The position numbers and the translations under genes are program-made. The notes beneath the pieces are model-generated. The model saw only the letters and a list, made by a program, of their open reading frames with translations. It did no database searches and was not told the origin of the DNA. Source: Candidatus Woesebacteria bacterium UBA925 (GTDB lineage Bacteria > Patescibacteriota > Microgenomatia > UBA8517). Taken from it: a stretch of DNA of 25,600 nucleotides. Where the stretch lies: positions 1-25,600 of the forward strand of contig DBDT01000033.1 in assembly GCA_002293705.1 (NCBI GenBank). Reading direction: 5' to 3'. This document shows, in pieces, positions 18,359 to 25,600 of this stretch (position 1 is its first letter; every line of letters begins with the position of its first letter).

Positions 18359-18378
18359 CTCTGCGCTTCGGCGCAGAG
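18359..18378. terminator. C(UUCG)G tetraloop hairpin between convergent genes
   Basis: CTCTGCGC-TTCG-GCGCAGAG abuts the typA stop; followed by TTATTTT on plus. Confidence 0.75.
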
Positions 18379-20199
18379 TTATTTTCCACTTCTTTCTGCT
18401 CTTCTGCGGTCTACCTCAGTGAGATGCTTTTTTCTAAGCCTCAAAGAGTGAGGTGTTATCTCAAGTAGTTCATCAGACTCCAAAAAGTCCAGAGATTGCT
18501 CAAGTGACAGAGTTGTAGCTGGGGCCAGCTGAATTATTCCATCGCTACTGGTGCTTCTCATATTTGTAAGCTTTTTGCCTTTACAAATATTCATGATCAT
18601 GTCCTCCTCTTTGGCATTTTGACCTACAATCATACCCTCGTATACTTTTGTAGCAGGCTCGATAAAGGTAACACCTCTCTCTTGAGCTGCTGCTAGTCCA
18701 TATGCCAAGGCCTCACCCATCTGATCGCTGATAATAACTCCCCTCCTCATGCTTGGAATTGACTTTCCAACAGGTTCATATCCCAATAGTTGAGAGCTCA
18801 TAAGAATTGTTCCCTTGGTCATTGTGAGAAGTAGACTTCTTAATCCAATAAGAGCACGGGTTGGCATTCTGTAGACAAATTGTGTCTCAACCTCACTGGC
18901 TGGCTCTTGAGAAAGCATGACACCAAATCGCTTGCCAAATTCTTGATTAATTACCCCCTGGAATTCATTTGGAACAACTACTGTAACCTCTTCAACAGGC
19001 TCAAGCTTTCCATTTTCAGTATCTTTAACAATAACCTCTGGCTTGGCAACTTCCATTTCATAGCCTTCTCTCCTCATGGTCTCAAGAAGGACTGATAGGT
19101 GCAACTCTCCCCTGCCTGACAAGAGAAACTTTCCATTACCCATAAACTCAACACGTAAACTTAGGTTACTTTCAAGCTCTCTTCTAAGTCGCTCCTCGAT
19201 TTGCCTACTAGTAGTAAACTCACCTTCCTGGCCAGCAAATGGGGAGGTGTTGGGACCCATAAGCATGTGCAAGGTTGGCTCAGCAATTGCTATGGCTGGC
19301 AAGCTCTCAGTGTCACTTGGATCAGATACTGTCTTTCCGATTGTTACATCAGAGATTCCAGAAAACGCCACAACATCTCCAGCGTAAGCCTCTTCGACTT
19401 CTATCCTCTCTAGGCCTCGGTATGAGAAGACCTTCTCTACAGTCTTGATTGACTGTGGCTGATCAGTAACTATTACTTTTTGCTTTGAAGAAACCTTGCC
19501 GCTGTTGATTTTTCCGATAATGATTCTGCCTAGATGTGGGTCATAATCCATCGAGGTTACAACCATCTTGAAAGCTGCATTGATATCAGCTTTTGGAGCA
19601 GGAACTGAGTCTAAAATGGTATCAAGTATTGGAGTTACATCCGCCTCTTGATTAATATCATCCGGCATCTCGACAAAGGCTGCTCCACGTCTTCCGATTG
19701 CGTAAAGTACTGGGAAATCAAGCTGTGAATCATTTGCAGCAAGCTCCAGGAACAAAGTCTCGATTTTATCTCTAACCTCAGTAACCCTGGCGTATGGTTT
19801 GTCAATTTTATTGATAACCACAATGATTTTGAGCCCCAAAGAGAGAGCTTTTCTTAATACGAATCTTGTTTGAGGCATTGGCCCCTCGTGGGCATCAACA
19901 ATTAGTAGTGCCCCATCAGCCATTCCAAGGGTTCTCTCAACCTCACCTGAGAAGTCAGCATGGCCGGGTGTATCAATGATGTTGATTTTGGCGTCTTTGT
20001 AGATAATTGCGCAGTTTTTTGCTAAAATTGTGATACCGCGTTCGCGCTCAAGCTCATTACGGTCGAGTATTCGCTCCACCTGCATTTCTTCCTGATTTTC
20101 TCGGAAAGTATGTGTTTGTTTAAGTAGAGCATCAACCAGTGTTGTTTTGCCGTGGTCGACGTGCGCAATCACTGCGACATTTCGGATAGTTTGAGACAT
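18379..20199 (-). CDS. typA: Translational GTPase TypA/BipA
   Basis: [41 protein letters not shown], and C-terminal [14 protein letters not shown]. Start moved to MSQTIRN (ATG 20199). Confidence 0.97.
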   Translation of the reverse strand: MSQTIRNVAVIAHVDHGKTTLVDALLKQTHTFRENQEEMQVERILDRNELERERGITILAKNCAIIYKDAKINIIDTPGHADFSGEVERTLGMADGALLIVDAHEGPMPQTRFVLRKALSLGLKIIVVINKIDKPYARVTEVRDKIETLFLELAANDSQLDFPVLYAIGRRGAAFVEMPDDINQEADVTPILDTILDSVPAPKADINAAFKMVVTSMDYDPHLGRIIIGKINSGKVSSKQKVIVTDQPQSIKTVEKVFSYRGLERIEVEEAYAGDVVAFSGISDVTIGKTVSDPSDTESLPAIAIAEPTLHMLMGPNTSPFAGQEGEFTTSRQIEERLRRELESNLSLRVEFMGNGKFLLSGRGELHLSVLLETMRREGYEMEVAKPEVIVKDTENGKLEPVEEVTVVVPNEFQGVINQEFGKRFGVMLSQEPASEVETQFVYRMPTRALIGLRSLLLTMTKGTILMSSQLLGYEPVGKSIPSMRRGVIISDQMGEALAYGLAAAQERGVTFIEPATKVYEGMIVGQNAKEEDMIMNICKGKKLTNMRSTSSDGIIQLAPATTLSLEQSLDFLESDELLEITPHSLRLRKKHLTEVDRRRAERSGK

Positions 20200-20216
20200 A
20201 GGTACATAGTATAGCA

Positions 20217-20705
20217 ATGGGAACACCTAAGTACAAAAACCAATTAGAAAAAATCAGTTTTGCCATCATCAGATGGACGGGTACGCCGTGGGCAATTTTG
20301 GTCCACACGCTCGTTTTTGCATCATTTTTTGGTCTAATCTTTCTTGGAGTTGATAGCGACAGCATAATGCTTATTTTGACCACAGCGGTGTCACTTGAGG
20401 CAATCTACCTCTCTTTGTTCATCCAAATGAGTGTTAACAAAAACACAGAAAGTCTTTCTGAAGTTGAAGAGGATATCGACCGAACTCAAGAAGATGTTGA
20501 AGACATTGAAGGAGCCTTAATAACTGTTGCTTCGTCTGTTAAGGAGATAGAAGAAGATGTTGAGGATATTAGCGAAGAGGTGGACGAAGATGGGGATGAG
20601 ACTAGTGCACTTAAAAAACAAGTAGACGCCCTGTCTCACGACGTTGCCATTATAAAAGAGGCAGTGCTTCAGTTGAAAAACTCTTCTACTCGCCTCTCCT
20701 CCTGA
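20217..20705 (+). CDS. DUF1003-like membrane protein with acidic coiled-coil tail
   Basis: Two TMs, LTTAVSLEAIYLSLFIQMSVN motif, then an EEDVEDI-repeat acidic helix. Confidence 0.7.
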   Translation: MGTPKYKNQLEKISFAIIRWTGTPWAILVHTLVFASFFGLIFLGVDSDSIMLILTTAVSLEAIYLSLFIQMSVNKNTESLSEVEEDIDRTQEDVEDIEGALITVASSVKEIEEDVEDISEEVDEDGDETSALKKQVDALSHDVAIIKEAVLQLKNSSTRLSS

Positions 20706-21067
20706 GATGGCTTCAAGATTTTCACGTTAATTATTGCCAATATTGCAAAGGCGACAATACCCAAAAGAACATCTGACGCGGTTAAGTCTGGCTTTAATAG
20801 CTTTCTTGCAATCACAAAGGTCAAAAGGTCAGACACTGCGTGTATGTCGTGTGTAACCAAGAGCCTTACAAGCTCAAAGGCAACTAAGGCTATAAGTATC
20901 CTATTGATAAATTCATAGAAAACCACGCTATCGCTCCAGTTGGACGACAAGAGGATAGAAATCGTCCCAAATGAATAAAGAACAACACCAACTAGCACAG
21001 GAAGTGCCAGTATTTGCTCCCCGAGGTAAACAGATTTTCTAATAATTATTTTTAGATTCGATAACAT
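20669..21067 (-). CDS. PsiE-like small membrane protein
   Basis: 4 hydrophobic segments with ILIALVAFELVRLL and LLTFVIARKLL, resembling the phosphate-starvation-inducible PsiE family. Confidence 0.6.
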   Translation of the reverse strand: MLSNLKIIIRKSVYLGEQILALPVLVGVVLYSFGTISILLSSNWSDSVVFYEFINRILIALVAFELVRLLVTHDIHAVSDLLTFVIARKLLKPDLTASDVLLGIVAFAILAIINVKILKPSQEERRVEEFFN

Positions 21068-21092
21068 GGCATATTATGCCGTATAATTGACT

Positions 21093-21737
21093 ATGGGGTC
21101 AAACTTGTTACAAAAAATTGAGAGGCGATACGCAAAAAAGTACATCAAGAGTTTTAAAAACGATGAACTAATCCTGGGCAGACTGGTTGGACAGGGATTG
21201 TTTCATGTTGTTTACAAACTTGGTAAAAACAAAGTAGTAAAAGTGCCACTAAGGCCGCCGATTTCAAAAAAATTAGTTAGACAACTTTATGAAAATGAGC
21301 TGCAAAGCATTAAGCTGTTAAACACTTACTTCAAAGGCTTAATTCCAAAAACTGAAGTTATTTTAAGCCCAAAAAAGCACAAGTACATCATCATCCAAGA
21401 AGTGGTTCAGAGGGGAAGTCCGGTTTTGCCTACCCACAAAGAGATGGTTCGAAAAGTTTACCTAAAAAACAAAGAGTTGATAAACAAAGAGGGTCTTGCC
21501 CTGGACTTTTTGGGTTTGGTTGGCCTAAAAAGCTGCCTAAATGCAGTCTTCAACAAAGAGATAATCCCAAAAATGACAAATATTCTAATTTCAAAGTCTA
21601 ATAGAGTTTTCATTGTGGACACAAACCTGCTTGAGCTGAAACTACACACAAAGACTGTAAGAACCATTATATTTTGGATTAGAGATAGATTTCGCTGGGA
21701 GTTGACTAAATTTTTTCTGAAGATGTATTTTTTGTAA
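21093..21737 (+). CDS. Atypical protein-kinase-like fold protein
   Basis: GQGLFHVVY Gly loop, VVKV Lys, ELQSIKLL, IIIQEVV hinge, NILI and FIVDTN (DFG-equivalent). Start taken as ATG 21093, 5 nt after TATAAT. Confidence 0.6.
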   Translation: MGSNLLQKIERRYAKKYIKSFKNDELILGRLVGQGLFHVVYKLGKNKVVKVPLRPPISKKLVRQLYENELQSIKLLNTYFKGLIPKTEVILSPKKHKYIIIQEVVQRGSPVLPTHKEMVRKVYLKNKELINKEGLALDFLGLVGLKSCLNAVFNKEIIPKMTNILISKSNRVFIVDTNLLELKLHTKTVRTIIFWIRDRFRWELTKFFLKMYFL

Positions 21738-21744
21738 GGCTAGT

Positions 21745-21773
21745 GTTGTGCCTGGGGAAAACCCAGGCACAAC
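21745..21773. terminator. Perfect hairpin between convergent genes
   Basis: GTTGTGCCTGGG-GAAAA-CCCAGGCACAAC, 12-bp perfect stem. Confidence 0.75.
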
Positions 21774-21792
21774 CACCGTATATCCTTAAGCA

Positions 21793-22368
21793 TTACTTTG
21801 GAAGTAAAACAGTATCAATAACATGTATTACCCCGTTGCTTGCCGCAACATCGACCGCAACAACATTTGCGTTGTTAACCATCACTTTTCCTTGATTTAC
21901 CGTAACAGCAACTTCTTGACCTTGAACTGTTTTTGCTGATTTAAGCTTAACCACATCAGCAGAACCCACCTTACCTGAGACAACGTGGTAAGTAAGAACT
22001 TCGGTTAACTTTTTAGGGTCAGCCAAAAGTGCATCCAGGGTTGCCTTAGGTACTTTTGCAAAAGCTTCATCAGTTGGCGCAAACACGGTAAATGGGCCAT
22101 TTGAAGACAAGGTTTCAACCAAGCCAGCGGCTTGTACTGCAGCAACCAAAGTATTGAAACTTCCATTTGCAACAGCAACATCCACTATTGTTCCTGGCAT
22201 TTTTTCATCCATGCCATTTGAACCCATTTTGTTTTCAGTGTTAGCTTCCTTTGAAACTGGTGAAGAAGTAGGAGCCGGAGCTTGAGAGCTACTTCCTTGA
22301 CTGACAAGAAAAGCAACAACCAAACCAACAGCAATAACACCAATAATTATAGGCATTGTGTTTTTCAT
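21793..22368 (-). CDS. Fasciclin (FAS1) domain surface protein (MPB70/83-like)
   Basis: N-terminal TM/signal and P/S linker, TIVDVAV...[54 protein letters not shown] overlaps the tetR stop. Confidence 0.95.
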   Translation of the reverse strand: MKNTMPIIIGVIAVGLVVAFLVSQGSSSQAPAPTSSPVSKEANTENKMGSNGMDEKMPGTIVDVAVANGSFNTLVAAVQAAGLVETLSSNGPFTVFAPTDEAFAKVPKATLDALLADPKKLTEVLTYHVVSGKVGSADVVKLKSAKTVQGQEVAVTVNQGKVMVNNANVVAVDVAASNGVIHVIDTVLLPK

Positions 22369-22961
22369 TTAGTTTTGATCTTCACCCCCTTTCGATTGTC
22401 ATCAATTTTCAAATTTTCAAATGCGCCAGGATAGAGAAATTCTGTAACATAGTCGACCAACTCTTCTCTCTCTGAATTTGTTGGCATATTAGGGAAATAT
22501 TCAAGAGCAAATCCATTTACTGCATGGGTCATAACTTTAGCCTTTTGCATACTGTCTTTTGTATCACCCAATATTTCAAGCATGTGCGTGCATGCAGTTT
22601 CAGGTACATAACCTGATTTATTTTTAGGAAAGTTGTTTTTGAAGTGTAGAAAATACTTCATAATCGCAACTATCTCCTCCATGTGCTCTATCTGAAAATC
22701 CACTCTTTGCCTTAATAGTTCTTTTTTGTCTTCAGTTGGTGGTAGATTTTTTCGCGCCAAACCAAGTTGCTTTGTAGTGAAATTAAACATCTCCAAAAGA
22801 AGTGAGTCTCGGTCCGAATAGTAGTGATAAAAAACTGAAGGTGATATACCAACTTCTTTGGCCAAGCTTCGCATGCTTGCACCCTCAGGGCCACTTAAGG
22901 CAAAAACTCTTCTCACATTTATCAAAATCTCTTCCTTGGATGCAATCTTTTTGGTTGGCAC
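22365..22961 (-). CDS. TetR/AcrR-family transcriptional regulator
   Basis: N-terminal [49 protein letters not shown]; GTG start. Confidence 0.92.
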   Translation of the reverse strand: MPTKKIASKEEILINVRRVFALSGPEGASMRSLAKEVGISPSVFYHYYSDRDSLLLEMFNFTTKQLGLARKNLPPTEDKKELLRQRVDFQIEHMEEIVAIMKYFLHFKNNFPKNKSGYVPETACTHMLEILGDTKDSMQKAKVMTHAVNGFALEYFPNMPTNSEREELVDYVTEFLYPGAFENLKIDDNRKGVKIKTK

Positions 22962-22967
22962 AAAATC

Positions 22968-22989
22968 ATTTTATAGAACACTTGTTCTA
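22968..22989. promoter_or_regulatory. -10 box (TAAAAT) plus palindromic TetR-type operator
   Basis: TAGAACA-CT-TGTTCTA (22974-22989) is a perfect 7-2-7 inverted repeat directly upstream of TAAAAT (22973-22968), which lies 6 nt before the tetR GTG. Confidence 0.75.
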
Positions 22990-23008
22990 AAAGAAAGTGT
23001 TAACCAGT

Positions 23009-23446
23009 TTATTCTCTGTTGAGGTTTGTTTTTCTAACCAATCTTGCCTGAAGGACAATTTGTCTCAACTCTCCATCTGAGCCTTCAAACTCACTTGATC
23101 CTGTGGTTTTTTGGTATTCACGCAATAAATCAGAGAGGCTCTCCTCTTCTTCTTTGATATCCGAAGACATGGTTTCAACTTTAGAACTTAGATCTTTACC
23201 CTGTGGTGTACCAAGTAGCCTTTTTTTAACTTCCGACTTATTAGCTGATGCTTTTTTGGCCAAAGCCGTAGCTTCTCTATATGTGTCATCATTTTCTAGG
23301 TAGGAGTTAAGCATTTCTTTGTGAGGTCTTATTTCTTCTCTTAACTTCTCAATTCTTTCGATTTTCTCTTTAATGGTCGCATCAAGGCTCAAAAGAGACT
23401 GTGCCTCAACCATTTCTGCTTCCTGAATTTGAGTTAGATCATCCAT
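23009..23446 (-). CDS. Coiled-coil hypothetical protein of a type I recall from Microgenomates genomes
   Basis: E/K-rich helical ORF ending in EFEGSDGELRQIVLQARLVR; start taken at MDDLTQ (23446). The family link is from memory, not a search. Confidence 0.7.
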   Translation of the reverse strand: MDDLTQIQEAEMVEAQSLLSLDATIKEKIERIEKLREEIRPHKEMLNSYLENDDTYREATALAKKASANKSEVKKRLLGTPQGKDLSSKVETMSSDIKEEEESLSDLLREYQKTTGSSEFEGSDGELRQIVLQARLVRKTNLNRE

Positions 23447-23547
23447 ACTGCAGTCCAATCTACCTGTTTGGTTTTAAGTTGTAAACCATCATTTTTGCTC
23501 TCTAAAAATGGCAATGGGCATGCATTTAGGCTAAAATGCACTGTTAT

Positions 23548-23618
23548 TGCCCGATCGTCTAGCGGCAGGACGTCGCACTCTGGATGCGAAAACTGGGGTT
23601 CAAATCCCTGTCGGGCAG
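23548..23618 (+). tRNA. tRNA-Gln (anticodon CTG), CCA not encoded
   Basis: Acceptor TGCCCGA/TCGGGCA (U1:A72), D-arm GTCT-AGCGGC-AGGAC, anticodon stem TCGCA/TGCGA with loop CT-CTG-GA (anticodon 23580-23582), T-loop TTCAAAT, discriminator G; TAAAAT at 23532-23537. Confidence 0.95.
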
Positions 23619-23627
23619 CAAAACGCA

Positions 23628-24800
23628 ACCGTTCCACAAACGGTCACCTACCTAATCAGGCTTAGTAATTCTTCAAATTTATCTTTATTTTTCAATGTCA
23701 GCTGGATTGAGGCTGGACCATTTAGGTGCTTGAATTTTGTACTACATGAAGTGAAAGGCTTTAGTCTTCTTCTTACAAAGTAGGCATTTAACCAGTTGTC
23801 GGCAGATCGGAATTATTCAAAACCTTTTATGTTTCTCACTCTTCCCTGTAGGTGTGAGTTGTAGCTTTCAATTAGATTGTTGGTCTTAGGTGTTTGAGTC
23901 ACTTTTCTGTAGGCTAAAAGCTGTTCTTGTCTTTTTTCTATATCAAGAAGTATTGACTGTGCAACGATGTTGTTCTTATATCGGGAGTAGATCTTGAAAG
24001 CCTCAATATTAAACTCGCCTTCGCTTTTCTTGCTGCTAAATAGCCTTGTAATGCTTTCCATCAAATCATGGTGCGTGCTGTCTGACCTCACACCAAGTTC
24101 ACTCCTTATATTTTCCAGGTAGTGGTTTTTGACAAAGCTGGGTTATGGCTTTTGGGTAGACAGAAAGACATGAATTAAATATGTTTTGATTGTCATCGCT
24201 TATAATTGACTGCAGGGGATATTTAAGGAGCCTAAGTGAGGAGAAAAACTTGTGCATAGTTTGGTAGTTTTCAGAAACAGACAAGATGTAAGTGGGTATG
24301 TCGTGGGTTAGGTAATCAATCCCATACACAACAGGAATCTTTTTGTCATACACTTTTATCTTTATGTACTTACCATCAACCAATAGTATCCCCGAAAACC
24401 TACTGCAGTACTTTCTTGTAATATCGGCACAATGGGGAAGATTTTTTAAAGACTGTTTATATCTTCTGTGCGCTGTTGTGACTCCAATTGATTTAATCTC
24501 AGCAATGCTTCGAAACGACTCACCAGCAAGATGGGCTAAAAGATACGTTCTATTGTCCTCTTTTCTTTTTCTGTTTATTTGAAACCAGCCAAGACAACTT
24601 TTGCACAAAAATTTAATCTTGCCTCGCCTTACACCTTTTCTGATGGATATCCCACCACACTTGGGGCAACTATATGTTTTTTTAACCTTCACCCATACAT
24701 AAATACAAAAACTAAAAAGGGTCCCCACATAGTCAAAAAAGAACTTTTACCCAATTTTTCCCAACTTTATTATCAAACCAGGTGACCAAAGTGGAACGGT
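23628..24800 (-). mobile_element. Insertion sequence (~1.17 kb, IS256/Mutator-like DDE) with imperfect terminal inverted repeats
   Basis: Left end ACCGTTCCAC-AAAC-GGTCACCT (23628-23649). Right end AGGTGACC-AAA-GTGGAACGGT (24780-24800), whose reverse complement is ACCGTTCCAC-TTT-GGTCACCT. No clean target-site duplication. Confidence 0.75.
23648..24692 (-). pseudogene. Transposase pseudogene (frameshift plus nonsense codon; ~347 aa when repaired)
   Basis: Zn ribbon CPKC...CKSC and HTH, then LLVDGKY (D) and IISDDN (D). Removing one base from the T5 run at 24126-24130 restores QLCQNHYLENIR (CxxH). NLIESYNSHL supplies the E. An in-frame TAA at 23813-23815 is followed by open frame FRSADNWLNAYFVRRRLKPF...LIR to TAG at 23648-23650. 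Confidence 0.85.
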
Positions 24801-24801
24801 C

Positions 24802-24918
24802 TCAGATAAAACTCCTGAGGAATTCGCTCAAGTCCACAATGAATGGTATGCAAAAGAGCTGGCCAAAGGCTATCCAGTCGTTTGGGTATATTTTAGGGTC
24901 CTAGAGATATTTGAGTAG
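24802..24918 (+). pseudogene. 3' remnant of a gene cut by the IS, ASCH-domain-like
   Basis: Open frame starts at the IS right end: SDKTPEEFAQVHNEWYAKELAKGYPVVWVYFRVLEIFE*, with no start codon. The EE...Y.KE...Y.VV.I/V.F spacing resembles ASCH C-termini. Confidence 0.4.
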
Positions 24919-25057
24919 TATTTACAGCAATTTTGACTGATTGATTTAGTTCTCCTAAGTAATCGACCAGCGCACCGCAAATTACGAATCAGGTTTAGTT
25001 AGGTAAAACTCCCATAGTTAGTAATTCGCCCTCCAGAATGCTAAAATAACAATTTGA

Positions 25058-25581
25058 ATGGACGAAATTAATGAAAAAATACGCTATCTAAATGAAAAAG
25101 GGTTTCCAGTAATGCTCATGGTCACTGGTAATAATTCGTCTGGGAAAACAAGACTAACGAATGAATTGATAAAAAATCTAGACTTTTACCAAACTATTAA
25201 TTTAGGACTCGCCAGTAAGCTTGTTCGTTATTTTAGGCCAGATATTGATGCTTCACACCTAGAAAATTTCAACGGCAATGAAGCAACTAAAATTTTCAAT
25301 GATTTAATAGAGCTTATTATTGATTCGTACTCAAATACTGGTGTAAATGTGATTATTGAAGGGGTTCAAATAGATACGGCCAAACATTCAAAAGACCTCC
25401 GTATTTTAGGTGGTGTTATCTTAGAAGTTGATCAAAGCAAGGCAATTCAGAGGGGTATTAATCCAGAAACACACTTTCTCCGAAATTTAATGAAAAAGGA
25501 TCTAAAGCATATTAAATATGAAGAGAATACCCTGTTTCGAAAGATTGACAACAACAATAGTTTCACAGATACCTATAAAAC
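25058..25581 (+). CDS. P-loop nucleotide/sugar kinase-like protein, 3'-truncated (absent from the ORF track)
   Basis: MDEINEKIRYLNEKGFPVMLMVTGNNSSGKTRLTNEL...NVIIEGVQID... is open to the adapter. Walker A GNNSSGKT plus VIIEGV resembles 2-phosphoglycerate-kinase/AAA_33-type kinases. TGcTAAAAT at 25039-25047. Confidence 0.75.
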
Positions 25582-25600
25582 CTGTCTCTTATACACATCT
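25582..25600 (-). other. Tn5/Nextera mosaic-end adapter (library artefact)
   Basis: CTGTCTCTTATACACATCT is the exact 19-nt mosaic end. Confidence 0.97.

Noticed and set aside
1586-21773. The hairpins at 1586 and 21745 share CCTGG...GAAAA...CCAGG and might be a REP-like or attC repeat family
   Set aside because: Only two copies with different stems, the other hairpins are unrelated, and there are no RYYYAAC/GTTRRRY attC boxes or integron integrase.
2849-22368. Alternative genetic code (UGA=Gly, code 25, as in Gracilibacteria/Absconditabacteria)
   Set aside because: Conserved genes are full length under code 11, and TGA ends lon and the ATGA-coupled genes at sensible positions.
23521-23540. 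Imperfect inverted repeat TGCATTT...AAATGCA over the tRNA promoter
   Set aside because: Short, AT-rich and bulged, so it cannot be distinguished from chance.
23434-23783. Short ORFs overlapping tRNA-Gln
   Set aside because: They are translations of the tRNA and IS-end sequence; the cloverleaf explains the region.
24126-24130. Programmed ribosomal frameshift producing active transposase
   Set aside because: The run has only five A on the coding strand, repair needs a +1 rather than the usual -1 shift, and a separate in-frame stop at 23813-23815 would still truncate the protein.
1-25600. Whole window as a 25.6-kb composite transposon with terminal inverted repeats
   Set aside because: The repeats are the synthetic Tn5 mosaic end, the cargo is housekeeping DNA, and both terminal genes are cut mid-frame.

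Overview
Gene-dense 25.6 kb bacterial fragment using standard code 11 (TGA is a stop). Both ends carry engineered Tn5/Nextera mosaic-end adapter sequence, so the terminal genes are cut by library preparation, not biology. Very short intergenic gaps, -10 boxes right next to start codons, a short HPF and TruB, and cohesin/dockerin/PT-linker surface proteins suggest a reduced-genome Patescibacteria (CPR, probably Microgenomates) organism; this is inference. The most interesting locus is a translationally coupled pair at 1656-7537. One gene encodes a ~1560-aa secreted clan GH-A glycoside hydrolase with a dockerin, a PQQ-like beta-propeller and an OB-fold. The other encodes a membrane-anchored cohesin + CBM-like protein. 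Together they resemble a two-gene mini-cellulosome or surface tether. The middle of the window holds housekeeping and stress genes: MazG-like, lon, a PAP2-dgkA-uppP undecaprenyl-recycling trio, truB, sod, a second GH-A enzyme, a SurA-N protein, an FNR-like oxidoreductase, SIMPL, hpf and typA. The right end has a kinase-like gene, a TetR-fasciclin operon with a clear palindromic operator, and tRNA-Gln(CTG). Right after the tRNA are a doubly inactivated IS256/Mutator-like element with terminal inverted repeats, a truncated ASCH-like remnant and a truncated P-loop kinase gene. No CRISPR array or rRNA was seen. All domain calls come from motif recognition by eye, not database searches.
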